A DNA stretch of 60,589 nt, taken from IMG/VR virus record IMGVR_UViG_3300014208_000008, positions 1-60,589 of that record; one strand, 5' to 3'. This DNA comes from a virus. Lineage: Duplodnaviria > Caudoviricetes. The translations under genes and the position numbers were made by a program. The notes below the pieces were generated by a model, which saw only the letters and a list, made by a program, of their open reading frames with translations, made no database searches and was not told where the DNA came from. Of this stretch, positions 46,660 to 55,837 are shown one piece after another. Every line of letters begins with the position of its first letter. The stretch's first letter is position 1.

Positions 46660-46960
46660 TTAAAGGTTTGGAACGGCGCAACTTGTGGCGTTACATAATG
46701 GCATATTCCGGCCAGATGCAAGAGAGTAGGAATAGACCGATAACTACCTAGGGAAATAGGCTATCCCCACGCTAGCAGGCGTGACAAACATATTTAGTGA
46801 TAGTGCATGGATGCGGTAGGTTTAGCTAATACCGATGAGAACTCACCTGGCTCAAAATTGGCATATGATAATTTAGGTAGTTATGAACAATCCGATTTGC
46901 AACCGGCTACAAATGAACCAGACTAGAGGACTATATTATATATCCATCACCTTTAGTCTA
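46660..46960 (+). ncRNA. Large structured non-coding element (RNA or ssDNA; strand uncertain)
   Basis: Nested complementary segments, including the 11-bp ATAACTACCTA/TAGGTAGTTAT; no ORF in the track. Confidence 0.45.
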
Positions 46961-46984
46961 AATGATTTCTATGGAGTTTGAAAA

Positions 46985-47215
46985 ATGACTAAAATTAACT
47001 ATGAAAAAGCTCATAAAAATGACCAAGGAAGGAATGGATTAATAATTAAAAGAAATGAATTTAATGTTAAACGTAAAATATTTATCGATTGTTTATATTC
47101 TCAAAAAGAATTTGCTAAATCGATAGGTGCTAGATGGTGCGCTGATAGTAAAAAATGGTATGTGGTAACTAAAGAACAACACAAAAAATGGAAAGATGCG
47201 AATATAGTACGTTGA
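46985..47215 (+). CDS. DUF5710-like protein
   Basis: 'YSQKEFAKSIGARW..SKKWYV'. Confidence 0.65.
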   Translation: MTKINYEKAHKNDQGRNGLIIKRNEFNVKRKIFIDCLYSQKEFAKSIGARWCADSKKWYVVTKEQHKKWKDANIVR

Positions 47216-47295
47216 AAATAGGATGCTGAAACATACAAGCGGTTAATTAATGAGTGGTACGAATTAACCAGTTACTTACAACATGAGAGATTGAA

Positions 47296-47475
47296 ATGAA
47301 CACAAATAGTGAAAGTTATAAAAAAGGAATGAAAGCATTTGAATTTAATAAATCATTAAATGATAATCCTTATTACGAATTAGATGTCGAATATGATGAA
47401 TGGGAGAAAGGTTTTTTATTCCAACAAAAGAAACATAATTTTTTAACAAGCACAACCAAGATGCCAGAAAAATAA
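47296..47475 (+). CDS. Rmf/CrpP-like small protein (59 aa); not in the ORF track
   Basis: 'SYKKGMKAF..NDNPY..EWEKGF'. Confidence 0.5.
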   Translation: MNTNSESYKKGMKAFEFNKSLNDNPYYELDVEYDEWEKGFLFQQKKHNFLTSTTKMPEK

Positions 47476-47502
47476 TTTTTGGTATATTGAAAGGAATAAG
47501 AA

Positions 47503-47652
47503 ATGAAATTCGAGGATTTTTGGAATGAGAACTTCGAGGAAGATTATTGTTATAGTGTGTGTTATGAGGTAATTAAAAGAGTTGCTGAAAAAACATGGCA
47601 CTCAGCAATAGAATCAACTTATACAACATATATCAATATAAATGAGGAATAA
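47503..47652 (+). CDS. Hypothetical protein (49 aa)
   Basis: MKFEDFWNE...; flanked by a 17-bp direct repeat. Confidence 0.5.
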   Translation: MKFEDFWNENFEEDYCYSVCYEVIKRVAEKTWHSAIESTYTTYININEE

Positions 47653-47655
47653 GAA

Positions 47656-47970
47656 ATGAAAGATAGAACATATTTAGGATATGAAATGCCTCATCCTGAT
47701 TGTGATGAATCGTGCATGTATCATTGCACAGAGGCAGGTAAGCATTCACCTAGTTGCACAAAAGAACCAGCATTTGAAATGAACCTAGAATTTCACGAAG
47801 GCATACCGGATGAAGAAGGGTGGTATTTTGTGAAACTAATACCTGGCAATGTTGATAACAAAGAATACGATGTTGATTACTGCCGGGAGAAATCAAAAAG
47901 TGATGGTGGTGGCCGTGAATGGTGTAAATGGTATGCGCATAATGTATCGCACTATGCAAAGATTGAGTAA
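47656..47970 (+). CDS. Hypothetical protein
   Basis: RBS GAGG; 'PDEEGWYFV'. Confidence 0.55.
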   Translation: MKDRTYLGYEMPHPDCDESCMYHCTEAGKHSPSCTKEPAFEMNLEFHEGIPDEEGWYFVKLIPGNVDNKEYDVDYCREKSKSDGGGREWCKWYAHNVSHYAKIE

Positions 47971-48023
47971 CTGGTTAATTCGTACCTATTAATATTAACC
48001 GCTTTAATAATTCGGAGTGAGAA

Positions 48024-48476
48024 ATGAATGAACAACAAGAAAAAGCATACATGGAAGGACAAAGAGCAATATGGTTAAAGCTATTAAGAACATGCTTATA
48101 TGAGTTAGGTATGGAAGAAATAAGCAAGGAATCGCTTATACTTGAACGTGAAGAAGCAATATCAATATTAAGAACTGTATGCTCTGAGTTTGGTGATAAT
48201 GATTGGCCTGATAATTTGCATTTAGCAGATATTATTGATAAGCATTTTTATTGGCATTTAAATAATTTAGAAGAAGAAAACGAAAGGCTGATAGAAGCAT
48301 TGCACAAAATAAAATCATGGACAGAAGCATATCCGGTTGAGGTTTTTCCTGAGCCTGATTTTGAATTAGCGCGTAAATTACTAAGTTCAGGTGGCATAAC
48401 ATTGGATGCTATAAGTGCATCAAATATGCGGCATGTTTTGGATGGCGTTAAAAACATAATCGGTGATGTATTATGA
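48024..48476 (+). CDS. Hypothetical protein
   Basis: RBS GGAG; 'AYPVEVFPEP'. Confidence 0.6.
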   Translation: MNEQQEKAYMEGQRAIWLKLLRTCLYELGMEEISKESLILEREEAISILRTVCSEFGDNDWPDNLHLADIIDKHFYWHLNNLEEENERLIEALHKIKSWTEAYPVEVFPEPDFELARKLLSSGGITLDAISASNMRHVLDGVKNIIGDVL

Positions 48477-48700
48477 AAGCCTGGATTATCGAAAAAGAAC
48501 TGCGTGGTATAAGAGAAGTTGACGGTTATGTAAAACATCTACAAACATCAGATACAAAATTGTTTGTTACTGAAAGTTGTTATTATGAACACTTTTTTGA
48601 AACAAAGGAAGAAGCCAGAAACGAAGCCATAAAAATCAAACTGGCATTGATATTCGAGCTTCAGGATGAAATTAAACGATTAGAACGGTTGGTGTTCTGA
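48473..48700 (+). CDS. Hypothetical protein
   Basis: Coupled ORF. Confidence 0.5.
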   Translation: MKAWIIEKELRGIREVDGYVKHLQTSDTKLFVTESCYYEHFFETKEEARNEAIKIKLALIFELQDEIKRLERLVF

Positions 48701-48975
48701 TGAAAAAGCCAACAGTAAAACAATCTGAATGGTTTGATAAATTACGTGAACATGGATGTATAGTATGTGGACGTAAGCCGGTATCAATACATCATTGTTT
48801 TACTGGCGGTGGTGGACGTAAGGATCATGATAACGTAATTCCGTTGTGTTGGTATCATCATCAGAATGGCAGCGAACTAGAGCCATCTATACATCCTTGG
48901 CGAGCAAGGTTTGAAGAGTTACACGGTACAGAGCAAGAACTTATTGATAAATGCAAAGAGTTGATAAAGTTATGA
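48700..48975 (+). CDS. Ref-like (recombination enhancement) HNH-type nuclease
   Basis: 'GCIVC..IHH..VIPLC..HHQ..SIH..FE..HGTE.EL'. Confidence 0.75.
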   Translation: MKKPTVKQSEWFDKLREHGCIVCGRKPVSIHHCFTGGGGRKDHDNVIPLCWYHHQNGSELEPSIHPWRARFEELHGTEQELIDKCKELIKL

Positions 48976-49193
48976 GTGAGTGGATTAGAACACAAGATAA
49001 AAAGCCATCCTACGGTGTACCAGTTATCGCTTATTGCAGGATATACGGCAGATTTATTGCTATTTATGATCGTATAAATGATAGTGATTATGGCGAATGG
49101 ATAAGAGGCGAAGAACGAGGCATATTACCGCCTACTCACTGGGCTTATTTGGCTAAAATACCTGATGATAATTCAAGATTTATAAAGTTATGA
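48972..49193 (+). CDS. DUF551-like protein
   Basis: 'MSEWI...DKKP' and 'PTHW'. Confidence 0.7.
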   Translation: MSEWIRTQDKKPSYGVPVIAYCRIYGRFIAIYDRINDSDYGEWIRGEERGILPPTHWAYLAKIPDDNSRFIKL

Positions 49194-49338
49194 ATGAGTA
49201 TTGTGAAAAAGAATACAGTTACATGAAAGATGTATGCCATCATTTAGCATGGATGATGCTGTACTCATTGAAGAAACGTATTTGTTATGATTGTGGAAAA
49301 ATTGAGCTAATAACTAACGATATGCCGGTACATCAGAG

Positions 49339-49779
49339 ATGATAATAAAAATAGATAGTGATAGAGCTGCCAGTTATGCGATAAAAACTATCAACGGATT
49401 GAGCTATGATCCACCAATGCAGGTTACTATTGAGAAGTTCAAAAGGAAACGAACACAATTACAAAATCAAAGCTTATGGGCAGGTATAATAAGTGATTTT
49501 GTTGAGCAAGGATTTGTTGGTGGTAGGTTATATAATGCTGAAATATGGCATTTTTTTCTTAAGAAGGAGTTTTTGCCAGAACTTCCTAATCCAGAAGAAA
49601 CATTGCCTGGTTATCAAAAATGGACGGAAATGCCGGATGGCAGTTTGAAATTAACAGGTAGCACAACAAAGCTAACAACGATTGGATTTATGAATTACAA
49701 AGAAAAATGTTATGCGTATGGTTGTGAGTTAGGAATAAGATTTTCTACAAAAGAGCGAGAATTAAATGAAATAACGTAA
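49339..49779 (+). CDS. ninB: NinB/YbcN-family recombination protein
   Basis: 'KRTQLQN..LW', 'WH.FLK' and 'STTKLT..F..Y'. Confidence 0.75.
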   Translation: MIIKIDSDRAASYAIKTINGLSYDPPMQVTIEKFKRKRTQLQNQSLWAGIISDFVEQGFVGGRLYNAEIWHFFLKKEFLPELPNPEETLPGYQKWTEMPDGSLKLTGSTTKLTTIGFMNYKEKCYAYGCELGIRFSTKERELNEIT

Positions 49780-49785
49780 AAAATA

Positions 49786-49827
49786 TATAGCAAAACTGTT
49801 TACATTTACTATATTTTATGATTTAAT
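49786..49827 (+). promoter_or_regulatory. Promoter with inverted operator half-sites
   Basis: TTTACA-17 nt-TTTAAT, with TATAGCAAA and TTTACTATA flanking the -35 box. Confidence 0.5.
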
Positions 49828-49899
49828 ATACTCAACGATTTAGGAAACGCCGCAACTGCTACCGGTGATTAATAGTAGCAAAAACTGGAGATAGCAATC

Positions 49900-50571
49900 A
49901 TGTTAGAATTAAAAAGAAGTTCATACGGAGAAATACTCAACGCACCTGAATTTGTAAACGTATTATTGAGAGATGCAGAAAAAGCCGGATGTTGGGAAAC
50001 TGGCATTGCAAGTGATAAAAAACACCGAGGTACATCAATAAATACCGCAGTTTACGGTTTTGATGAAAAGCAAGAATTGGCAATAGTACAGGTTAGGGAG
50101 TGCCAATTTAGGCCTGGCCGTTTTAGTAAAGTGCGTAAAGATTATTATTTACTAGGCCGTGTGGAAAACGGTAGTATTTTTGCTCATGCAATTGATTCAC
50201 CAATCCGCTCAAAACTCGCTATGAGCGATCCACAGTATTGCGTTGATTACGCACTATCAAAAATTTGGAACTGCAAAATAGATGATTTGCAGGACATTAT
50301 CAGGCAGGGTGATGTTGCCCTAATACCAATAGTGCATTTGCCTGATAGCGCAGAGTTTTTGAATGGTGAGGCACAGGTTATTAGAGATACACACAAAATA
50401 ACTGGTGATATTTGGCGTGATAGAAACGGCACATTGTACTGCAAACGTGGCGCAAAAATCGTACACACAAAACACGAGCATAAAACAATCAAGGCGCGGT
50501 CTGGATTTTACAGAGTGCAGCCAGGTTACAGAGCTGAGGTTTGGGGATTTAGCGCACCAACTGCCGATTAA
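49900..50571 (+). CDS. Hypothetical protein
   Basis: RBS GGAG; C-terminal 'IRQGDV..H..H..H..Y' module. Confidence 0.65.
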   Translation: MLELKRSSYGEILNAPEFVNVLLRDAEKAGCWETGIASDKKHRGTSINTAVYGFDEKQELAIVQVRECQFRPGRFSKVRKDYYLLGRVENGSIFAHAIDSPIRSKLAMSDPQYCVDYALSKIWNCKIDDLQDIIRQGDVALIPIVHLPDSAEFLNGEAQVIRDTHKITGDIWRDRNGTLYCKRGAKIVHTKHEHKTIKARSGFYRVQPGYRAEVWGFSAPTAD

Positions 50572-50610
50572 CAACACACAAGCCGCAAGGACGCGGCATA
50601 ATTTAACATT

Positions 50611-50796
50611 ATGAAAAAACAACCACGCGATAAACAAGGCCGATTCATTAATTACAATCCTAAAGCAAAGCGGTTCACTAACGCACAGTTAAAAGCAGCT
50701 TTCCAGGCTGGCATGAATGGCGCATATAGCACAGTTACAATGTCACCATCACGGCGATTTGAGATATGGTGCAAACAGAATGGGATAGAGTTATGA
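50611..50796 (+). CDS. Hypothetical protein
   Basis: 'QPRDKQGRF' motif. Confidence 0.5.
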   Translation: MKKQPRDKQGRFINYNPKAKRFTNAQLKAAFQAGMNGAYSTVTMSPSRRFEIWCKQNGIEL

Positions 50797-50987
50797 ACGT
50801 AGTTTGGATTCTAGTATTCACATCGATAAACTTTATTGATGCAGAGCAAACAACAGTTGATATAAGCAAATATCCGGTAAATTTCAAGTATCGTGGTGAG
50901 TGCATGGACGTACGTAATGCGATTATGGAACAGAATGAAACAACTAAGAACTTGTGGGCAGATTGCCGGGACGTAATTAAACATTGA
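50793..50987 (+). CDS. Small exported protein
   Basis: 'MNVVWILV..F..RGEC..A.C'. Confidence 0.5.
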   Translation: MNVVWILVFTSINFIDAEQTTVDISKYPVNFKYRGECMDVRNAIMEQNETTKNLWADCRDVIKH

Positions 50988-51029
50988 TTTTTTAGTAAAA
51001 GAATACTATGCTTTTTTTATTTCGAAACA

Positions 51030-51362
51030 ATGCACAAGTTTATATTTGGTGAATGGCTTGAGAGCTTTATAAATGATTTAAGTTATGCTCTATTCGGAGC
51101 TTGTGCAGGTTCGGTAGCCTATTTAACTGGTGTAGCAGATGGTACTTATTCGTTTATGTGGTACAAATTCTCAATAGGCTTATTTGCTAACGGTTTTTCA
51201 TCAGTTCTTGCAGCTAAGATTTGTGATGCACTAGATGTGCCTGAGCCGTGGAAGATTGTAGCAGTAGGTATGGCTGGTGCTCTTGGCTATAATTCTACGA
51301 TAATGATTGCCAGGAAATACCTTTTTAAAAAGTTTGGCTTAGACAGAAGGATGGAAAAGTAA
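51030..51362 (+). CDS. Probable holin
   Basis: 110 aa with about three hydrophobic segments and a basic C-terminal tail. Confidence 0.6.
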   Translation: MHKFIFGEWLESFINDLSYALFGACAGSVAYLTGVADGTYSFMWYKFSIGLFANGFSSVLAAKICDALDVPEPWKIVAVGMAGALGYNSTIMIARKYLFKKFGLDRRMEK

Positions 51363-51907
51363 TGTTAGTTAAAGTAGGTAATAACTTAGTTGATGCTGTA
51401 GTCATTATGAATGATAGTGGTATTGTAAACGGGGGCAGTGGTAACGGTCATGTTAATACTATCCTAAGACCTACTAACACAACTCCTGCATATGATGCTG
51501 GTGATGTTATAGGTGATACAAACGGAAGTGCAATATTTGAGATAACTAATGTTGGTGTAGCTGGAACAGTAGTGCGATTACTAACGGCTAATCTGATTTT
51601 AGCAGTTTCCTCGTTACCGGCAGGCATGACAACATTACAAATGTGGCTATTTAATGCCAGCCCTACAGCTCACGCAGATAAAGATGCTTTGGCACTACAA
51701 GTGGCTGATACAACAAAATACATTGATGATTTTACATTAACAACACCAGTTGATAAGGGGCCATTTTTAGCGAGCATTAATCGTGGTGTTGATATTGATA
51801 TACAGTTAGTATCAACAAGTTTATATTTTATGCTGCAAACAGCGGCAGGATTTACACCATCTAGTGCGGCTGTAAAATATATGTACACTGATTTTATTGC
51901 ATTATGA
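51362..51907 (+). CDS. Putative virion structural protein
   Basis: 'RPTNTT.AY.AGDVIG'; beta-rich. Confidence 0.5.
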   Translation: MLVKVGNNLVDAVVIMNDSGIVNGGSGNGHVNTILRPTNTTPAYDAGDVIGDTNGSAIFEITNVGVAGTVVRLLTANLILAVSSLPAGMTTLQMWLFNASPTAHADKDALALQVADTTKYIDDFTLTTPVDKGPFLASINRGVDIDIQLVSTSLYFMLQTAAGFTPSSAAVKYMYTDFIAL

Positions 51908-53448
51908 GATCAAGTAAACGTCAAGTCTTGCTTAAGAATGATAAGCTTTCGTTTGATTTACCTTTAACAACTTCGTTAGTTCCAAGACTTGCAAAGGGTT
52001 CTAATGTTCCTACGTTTACAAGGGCGACAACTGCCACTGTTACAGATTTTGAAGGATTATTAAAGACTGTTAAATCTGGAGAATCTCGGTTTGAAGGGGC
52101 TAGAAGGGTTGAGAATCTATTTGCTTTTAGCGAAAAATTTGATGACGCAAGCTGGGTTGTGACTACTTCTGGAGGAGGTACTGCAACTATTAGTACAGAC
52201 AAAAAATCAATAACATTTGATGTACCTATAGGTGGAAGAGCATTTATTAATAGAACTCAATCTGGCCAAAGTAGTAATTCACATATACTATCGTTTAATC
52301 AAGTAATAAATAGTGGAACGCCATCATTAGGCACAATAACATTAGGAGGAACTGAGGCTCCAAGTATATCAACTAATGGAAGAATTTCTAAAATAACTGA
52401 TGCTAGTGGGACTTTAGTAAGATTCGGATTAGGATGTGCTGGGGCAACTACAAGTGCCTGTAATGCAACATTTACAAAACCACAATTAGAATTAGTGTTG
52501 GGGCAGTCTAATATTAATCCTTCCGAATATGTCTCCAATGGAGTTCTATCAGCACCTTATCATGGTGCAGGAGTTGACGGTGTTAAATACTTCCCTTATG
52601 AAAATGGCAACACAGTCGTTGATAATGTAGTCACAGAAGTTCAAGGTGCGCCTATTCCAGATGCTACATTGAAAGGGTATCTTGCTGAAGGTGCAAGAAC
52701 AAACTTATTATTGCAAAGCGCAGTTCCAGCAACTCAGAATGTAACTGTAACAGCAGTAGCACATACTATCAGCATGTGGGGTACAGGTACTTGTACACTG
52801 TCTGGCGCAGGTTCTGGTGTATTAACAGGAACGGGTGTTAACGATAGAGTGCAACTTACTTTTACTCCTACGGCGGGAATACTAACGCTAACATTTGATG
52901 GAACAAATACTAAAGGACAACTCGAAGCAGGCGCTTTCGCATCATCATATATTCCTACAACCACAGCGGCAGTTACTAGAAATGCTGATGTGTTGACGTA
53001 TCCATCTGCTGGGAATATATCAATGGCTAATGGTAGTGCATACTGCGAATCATCTACCTATGCCACAGCAGGACTTAAGGCATTGATTGATACTATGAAT
53101 AACACCTTCTCAGGCGGCCTTTCTTTCTTACTTTCGACAACTATTGGTGCGCAATTAAAAATCAATGGAGATAATAATGCAGCAGAAGTTGATATAAATA
53201 TTGGTTCTGGAACAATTAACACAGTTGTTAAGAGTGCAGGAAGGTGGGCAACTAATTCAGCACAAGTCTATTTTACTGGTACAAAAGGAATAGAGGATAA
53301 TGTGGCAACTATGCCAAGCACTATGCGTAATGTTATTACAATAGGTGAAAGGCAGGTAATATCAGCCCCACTATATGGCACTATCCGCAACGTCAAAATC
53401 TGGAAGAAAGCACTTAAAGATACAAAGCTTATATCAATGACATCATGA
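51904..53448 (+). CDS. Head spike or fibre protein with LamG-like C-terminal domain
   Basis: 'TFTRATTAT', 'LAEGARTNLL', 'QLEAGAFASSYIPTT.AAVTR.AD' and 'GTIRNVKIW..AL'. Confidence 0.7.
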   Translation: MRSSKRQVLLKNDKLSFDLPLTTSLVPRLAKGSNVPTFTRATTATVTDFEGLLKTVKSGESRFEGARRVENLFAFSEKFDDASWVVTTSGGGTATISTDKKSITFDVPIGGRAFINRTQSGQSSNSHILSFNQVINSGTPSLGTITLGGTEAPSISTNGRISKITDASGTLVRFGLGCAGATTSACNATFTKPQLELVLGQSNINPSEYVSNGVLSAPYHGAGVDGVKYFPYENGNTVVDNVVTEVQGAPIPDATLKGYLAEGARTNLLLQSAVPATQNVTVTAVAHTISMWGTGTCTLSGAGSGVLTGTGVNDRVQLTFTPTAGILTLTFDGTNTKGQLEAGAFASSYIPTTTAAVTRNADVLTYPSAGNISMANGSAYCESSTYATAGLKALIDTMNNTFSGGLSFLLSTTIGAQLKINGDNNAAEVDINIGSGTINTVVKSAGRWATNSAQVYFTGTKGIEDNVATMPSTMRNVITIGERQVISAPLYGTIRNVKIWKKALKDTKLISMTS

Positions 53449-53484
53449 AAGTATTTGCAGTACGAGAGATAAAAGTAAAATAAT

Positions 53485-53847
53485 ATGTATATTCAGGTAT
53501 GGCTATCCGAAAACATCAATGATACTCATGAATCTGAGTTACTATCGGTTATGGGTGGTCATTATAGTAAATTAGGCAATGTAGTTGGTGGACGTAGACT
53601 ACGACGTTTCATCTGTACAAAAGCTGAGTTTGAAACTTTGTTGCAAAGACTTAATATGTATGGGAAAAACATTGAAGTAATTGGTGTACAAAATCCAGAC
53701 GGTAGCGATTATGATGAAATAAAATATCCAAAAAATGTAGAACTGTATCAACAATTTATGCAACCTGTTAATAGTTTCAATAATGGGTTGCATACAACAA
53801 GTCCAGCACCCGTTACTGGAGCTGGATGGGTTAATTTTAATGAATAG
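53485..53847 (+). CDS. Hypothetical protein
   Basis: ORF downstream of the fibre gene. Confidence 0.5.
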   Translation: MYIQVWLSENINDTHESELLSVMGGHYSKLGNVVGGRRLRRFICTKAEFETLLQRLNMYGKNIEVIGVQNPDGSDYDEIKYPKNVELYQQFMQPVNSFNNGLHTTSPAPVTGAGWVNFNE

Positions 53848-53855
53848 GAACTAAA

Positions 53856-54236
53856 ATGAGCGCAACGAAACAAACACAAGCAGTATCAATGGCAAATGAA
53901 TTATTATCATTAGCTGGTCAATTACAAAGTATTTTATTTACAGCACAGGGGCTTTCTCAACGGTACGGGAATCAGGGAATACAGGCTGTATTAAACGCAT
54001 TGCCAACAAGAGCGCAAAATGCAGACGGGTCATTAGGGACACCGGATGTTTCTCCTGTCGCCGGTAATCCTATTAATACGGATGCTGTAACAGGGTTAAA
54101 TCGTGCGTGTAAAGCGTCAGAACTCATAGCGGTAAAGAATATCATGAATGATTATATTACCTTTATGACTAATGCAACGGTAGCAGCAGCAGCTCAAGAT
54201 CGCACAGTGTCAGTGGATAAAGTCGTTGGTGGATAA
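53856..54236 (+). CDS. Hypothetical protein
   Basis: RBS AGGA. Confidence 0.55.
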   Translation: MSATKQTQAVSMANELLSLAGQLQSILFTAQGLSQRYGNQGIQAVLNALPTRAQNADGSLGTPDVSPVAGNPINTDAVTGLNRACKASELIAVKNIMNDYITFMTNATVAAAAQDRTVSVDKVVGG

Positions 54237-54240
54237 GTAA

Positions 54241-55122
54241 GTGAAAATATTATTATTTTTACTGATACTAAGTTTTAATGTATCTGCGAGAGCGGTATCG
54301 TACCTACCAGGATATTGTGGAGCCTATGCTAGCGTTATCCGTAATGGCGCAAGCTTTGATGTTTACAGTAATGCGTCTAATAAATCTACTGCAAAATGCC
54401 CAGGCTCAGGTTGTCCAGGTATTGTTAAATATTCTGGGCCTCTTAACAGTTTGGTATATAAAGGTGTAGTGATACCTAATTCAGTTATTAATGACGTTTA
54501 CCTAGCTGACGGAGTTACACTAGATCCAGGTAGGATATTCTCGCGTCCTGTTATCGCTAGAGACGGACTAGGTTACATTTTAGTATCTATGGTTGGAAAC
54601 TATAACGGTGGAACTTTAATACCTGCTATGGCAACATCTAGCGATGGCATTAATTGGAATTACCTTGGCAAGTTTAAAGGCGAACCAGAGCATATAAACA
54701 CTTTTGGCTCAGGGATGGCGCTCATAGTTAGTAACACTTCACCAAGATACAGATTTTATACTGATGGTTATGGGCCTAAAGTAGCACAGTTATACTCAGA
54801 CGGTTATAATCAGTGGAAATTCGTTAGAAATACTAATGGAACTATCAGAGAATTAAAGCCAGCACAATGGACAGGCGCAATTTTCCATTCAGTAGCAGAA
54901 TTAAACGGTGTTTATTACATGGTTGCATCTAATAAATGGCCGGTAACACAATGGGAGTTTGCTCATTCAACTAATGGTATTGACTGGGTGCATGAGTCTT
55001 TTGTTAATGTAGGCTCGTACCATAAAAATGTAAGTTTGTTTACAGACAACGGAACAGTGAATAATTTAGCGACTACTTATTTGTCTGGATCAAATTGTTA
55101 CCGGAAAACTTTAAACCCATAA
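54241..55122 (+). CDS. Secreted beta-propeller glycoside-hydrolase-like protein
   Basis: Signal peptide MKILLFLLILSFNVSA and Asp-box-like repeats SSDGINW, SDGYNQW and STNGIDW. Confidence 0.65.
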   Translation: MKILLFLLILSFNVSARAVSYLPGYCGAYASVIRNGASFDVYSNASNKSTAKCPGSGCPGIVKYSGPLNSLVYKGVVIPNSVINDVYLADGVTLDPGRIFSRPVIARDGLGYILVSMVGNYNGGTLIPAMATSSDGINWNYLGKFKGEPEHINTFGSGMALIVSNTSPRYRFYTDGYGPKVAQLYSDGYNQWKFVRNTNGTIRELKPAQWTGAIFHSVAELNGVYYMVASNKWPVTQWEFAHSTNGIDWVHESFVNVGSYHKNVSLFTDNGTVNNLATTYLSGSNCYRKTLNP

Positions 55123-55134
55123 TAGGATATACAA

Positions 55135-55416
55135 ATGTTAAGCGTAACTATAAACGTAGATGATGAAGGCAAGTTCAGCGTAGGCGTAGAACCACAAGGA
55201 GAAGCTGAAACAGAACAAGGTGAAGGTGGGCCAATGGACATGATGAAAGGTGGACAGCCTGAGTACGCACCGGCAAAGAACATTGATGATGCACTCGCTC
55301 AAGCAAGGCAACTACTCATGCAGAATATGCCGCAAGCTGAACAGATTATGCGAAATGAAGAAGCGGCTAAGGTATGGCCTGGACAAAAACAAGGTATGAT
55401 GCCAAGGTCATATTGA
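55135..55416 (+). CDS. Small acidic hypothetical protein
   Basis: RBS AGGA. Confidence 0.55.
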   Translation: MLSVTINVDDEGKFSVGVEPQGEAETEQGEGGPMDMMKGGQPEYAPAKNIDDALAQARQLLMQNMPQAEQIMRNEEAAKVWPGQKQGMMPRSY

Positions 55417-55432
55417 TTTTTTTTGCACATTT

Positions 55433-55449
55433 ATTAAACAGTGTTTAAT
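55433..55449. promoter_or_regulatory. 17-bp palindromic operator, copy 2
   Basis: ATTAAACA-G-TGTTTAAT upstream of terS. Confidence 0.6.
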
Positions 55450-55471
55450 TGTACTTTACGATATATATACA

Positions 55472-55837
55472 ATGGCAGGTAATGGATCACCAAAGGGTGT
55501 AAAACAAAGACTAGGATGTCCTAACAAAGTTAAAATGGATGTAGAAGCAAAGTTATCGGCTATGGATTGTAACCCTATAGAGGGAATGGCAAGAATAGCT
55601 AGGATGGCTGAAACTGCATTTGCAGATAACCTAAAGGAATTGAATGATGGTGTTGAAGTACAGATACCAGGACTATATAAAGATTTAGCACTTGCAGGTA
55701 GCATGTATAAAGAACTAGCTCAGTATGTAGCACCTAAGCGTAAAGCGATAGAGCATACCGGGCCTGATGGTGGGCCTATCCAGCAATCCATATCAAAAAT
55801 AGAACTGGTTGCACCTAATGTCAACATTCCAAGTTGA
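55472..55837 (+). CDS. terS: Terminase small subunit (probable)
   Basis: Directly upstream of terL; 'G.PNK', 'ELAQYVAPKRKAIE' and 'HTGPDGGPI'. Confidence 0.7.
   Translation: MAGNGSPKGVKQRLGCPNKVKMDVEAKLSAMDCNPIEGMARIARMAETAFADNLKELNDGVEVQIPGLYKDLALAGSMYKELAQYVAPKRKAIEHTGPDGGPIQQSISKIELVAPNVNIPS

Noticed and set aside
46832-46860. Hammerhead ribozyme core (CCGATGAG...)
   Set aside because: It lacks the CUGANGA and GAAA consensus.
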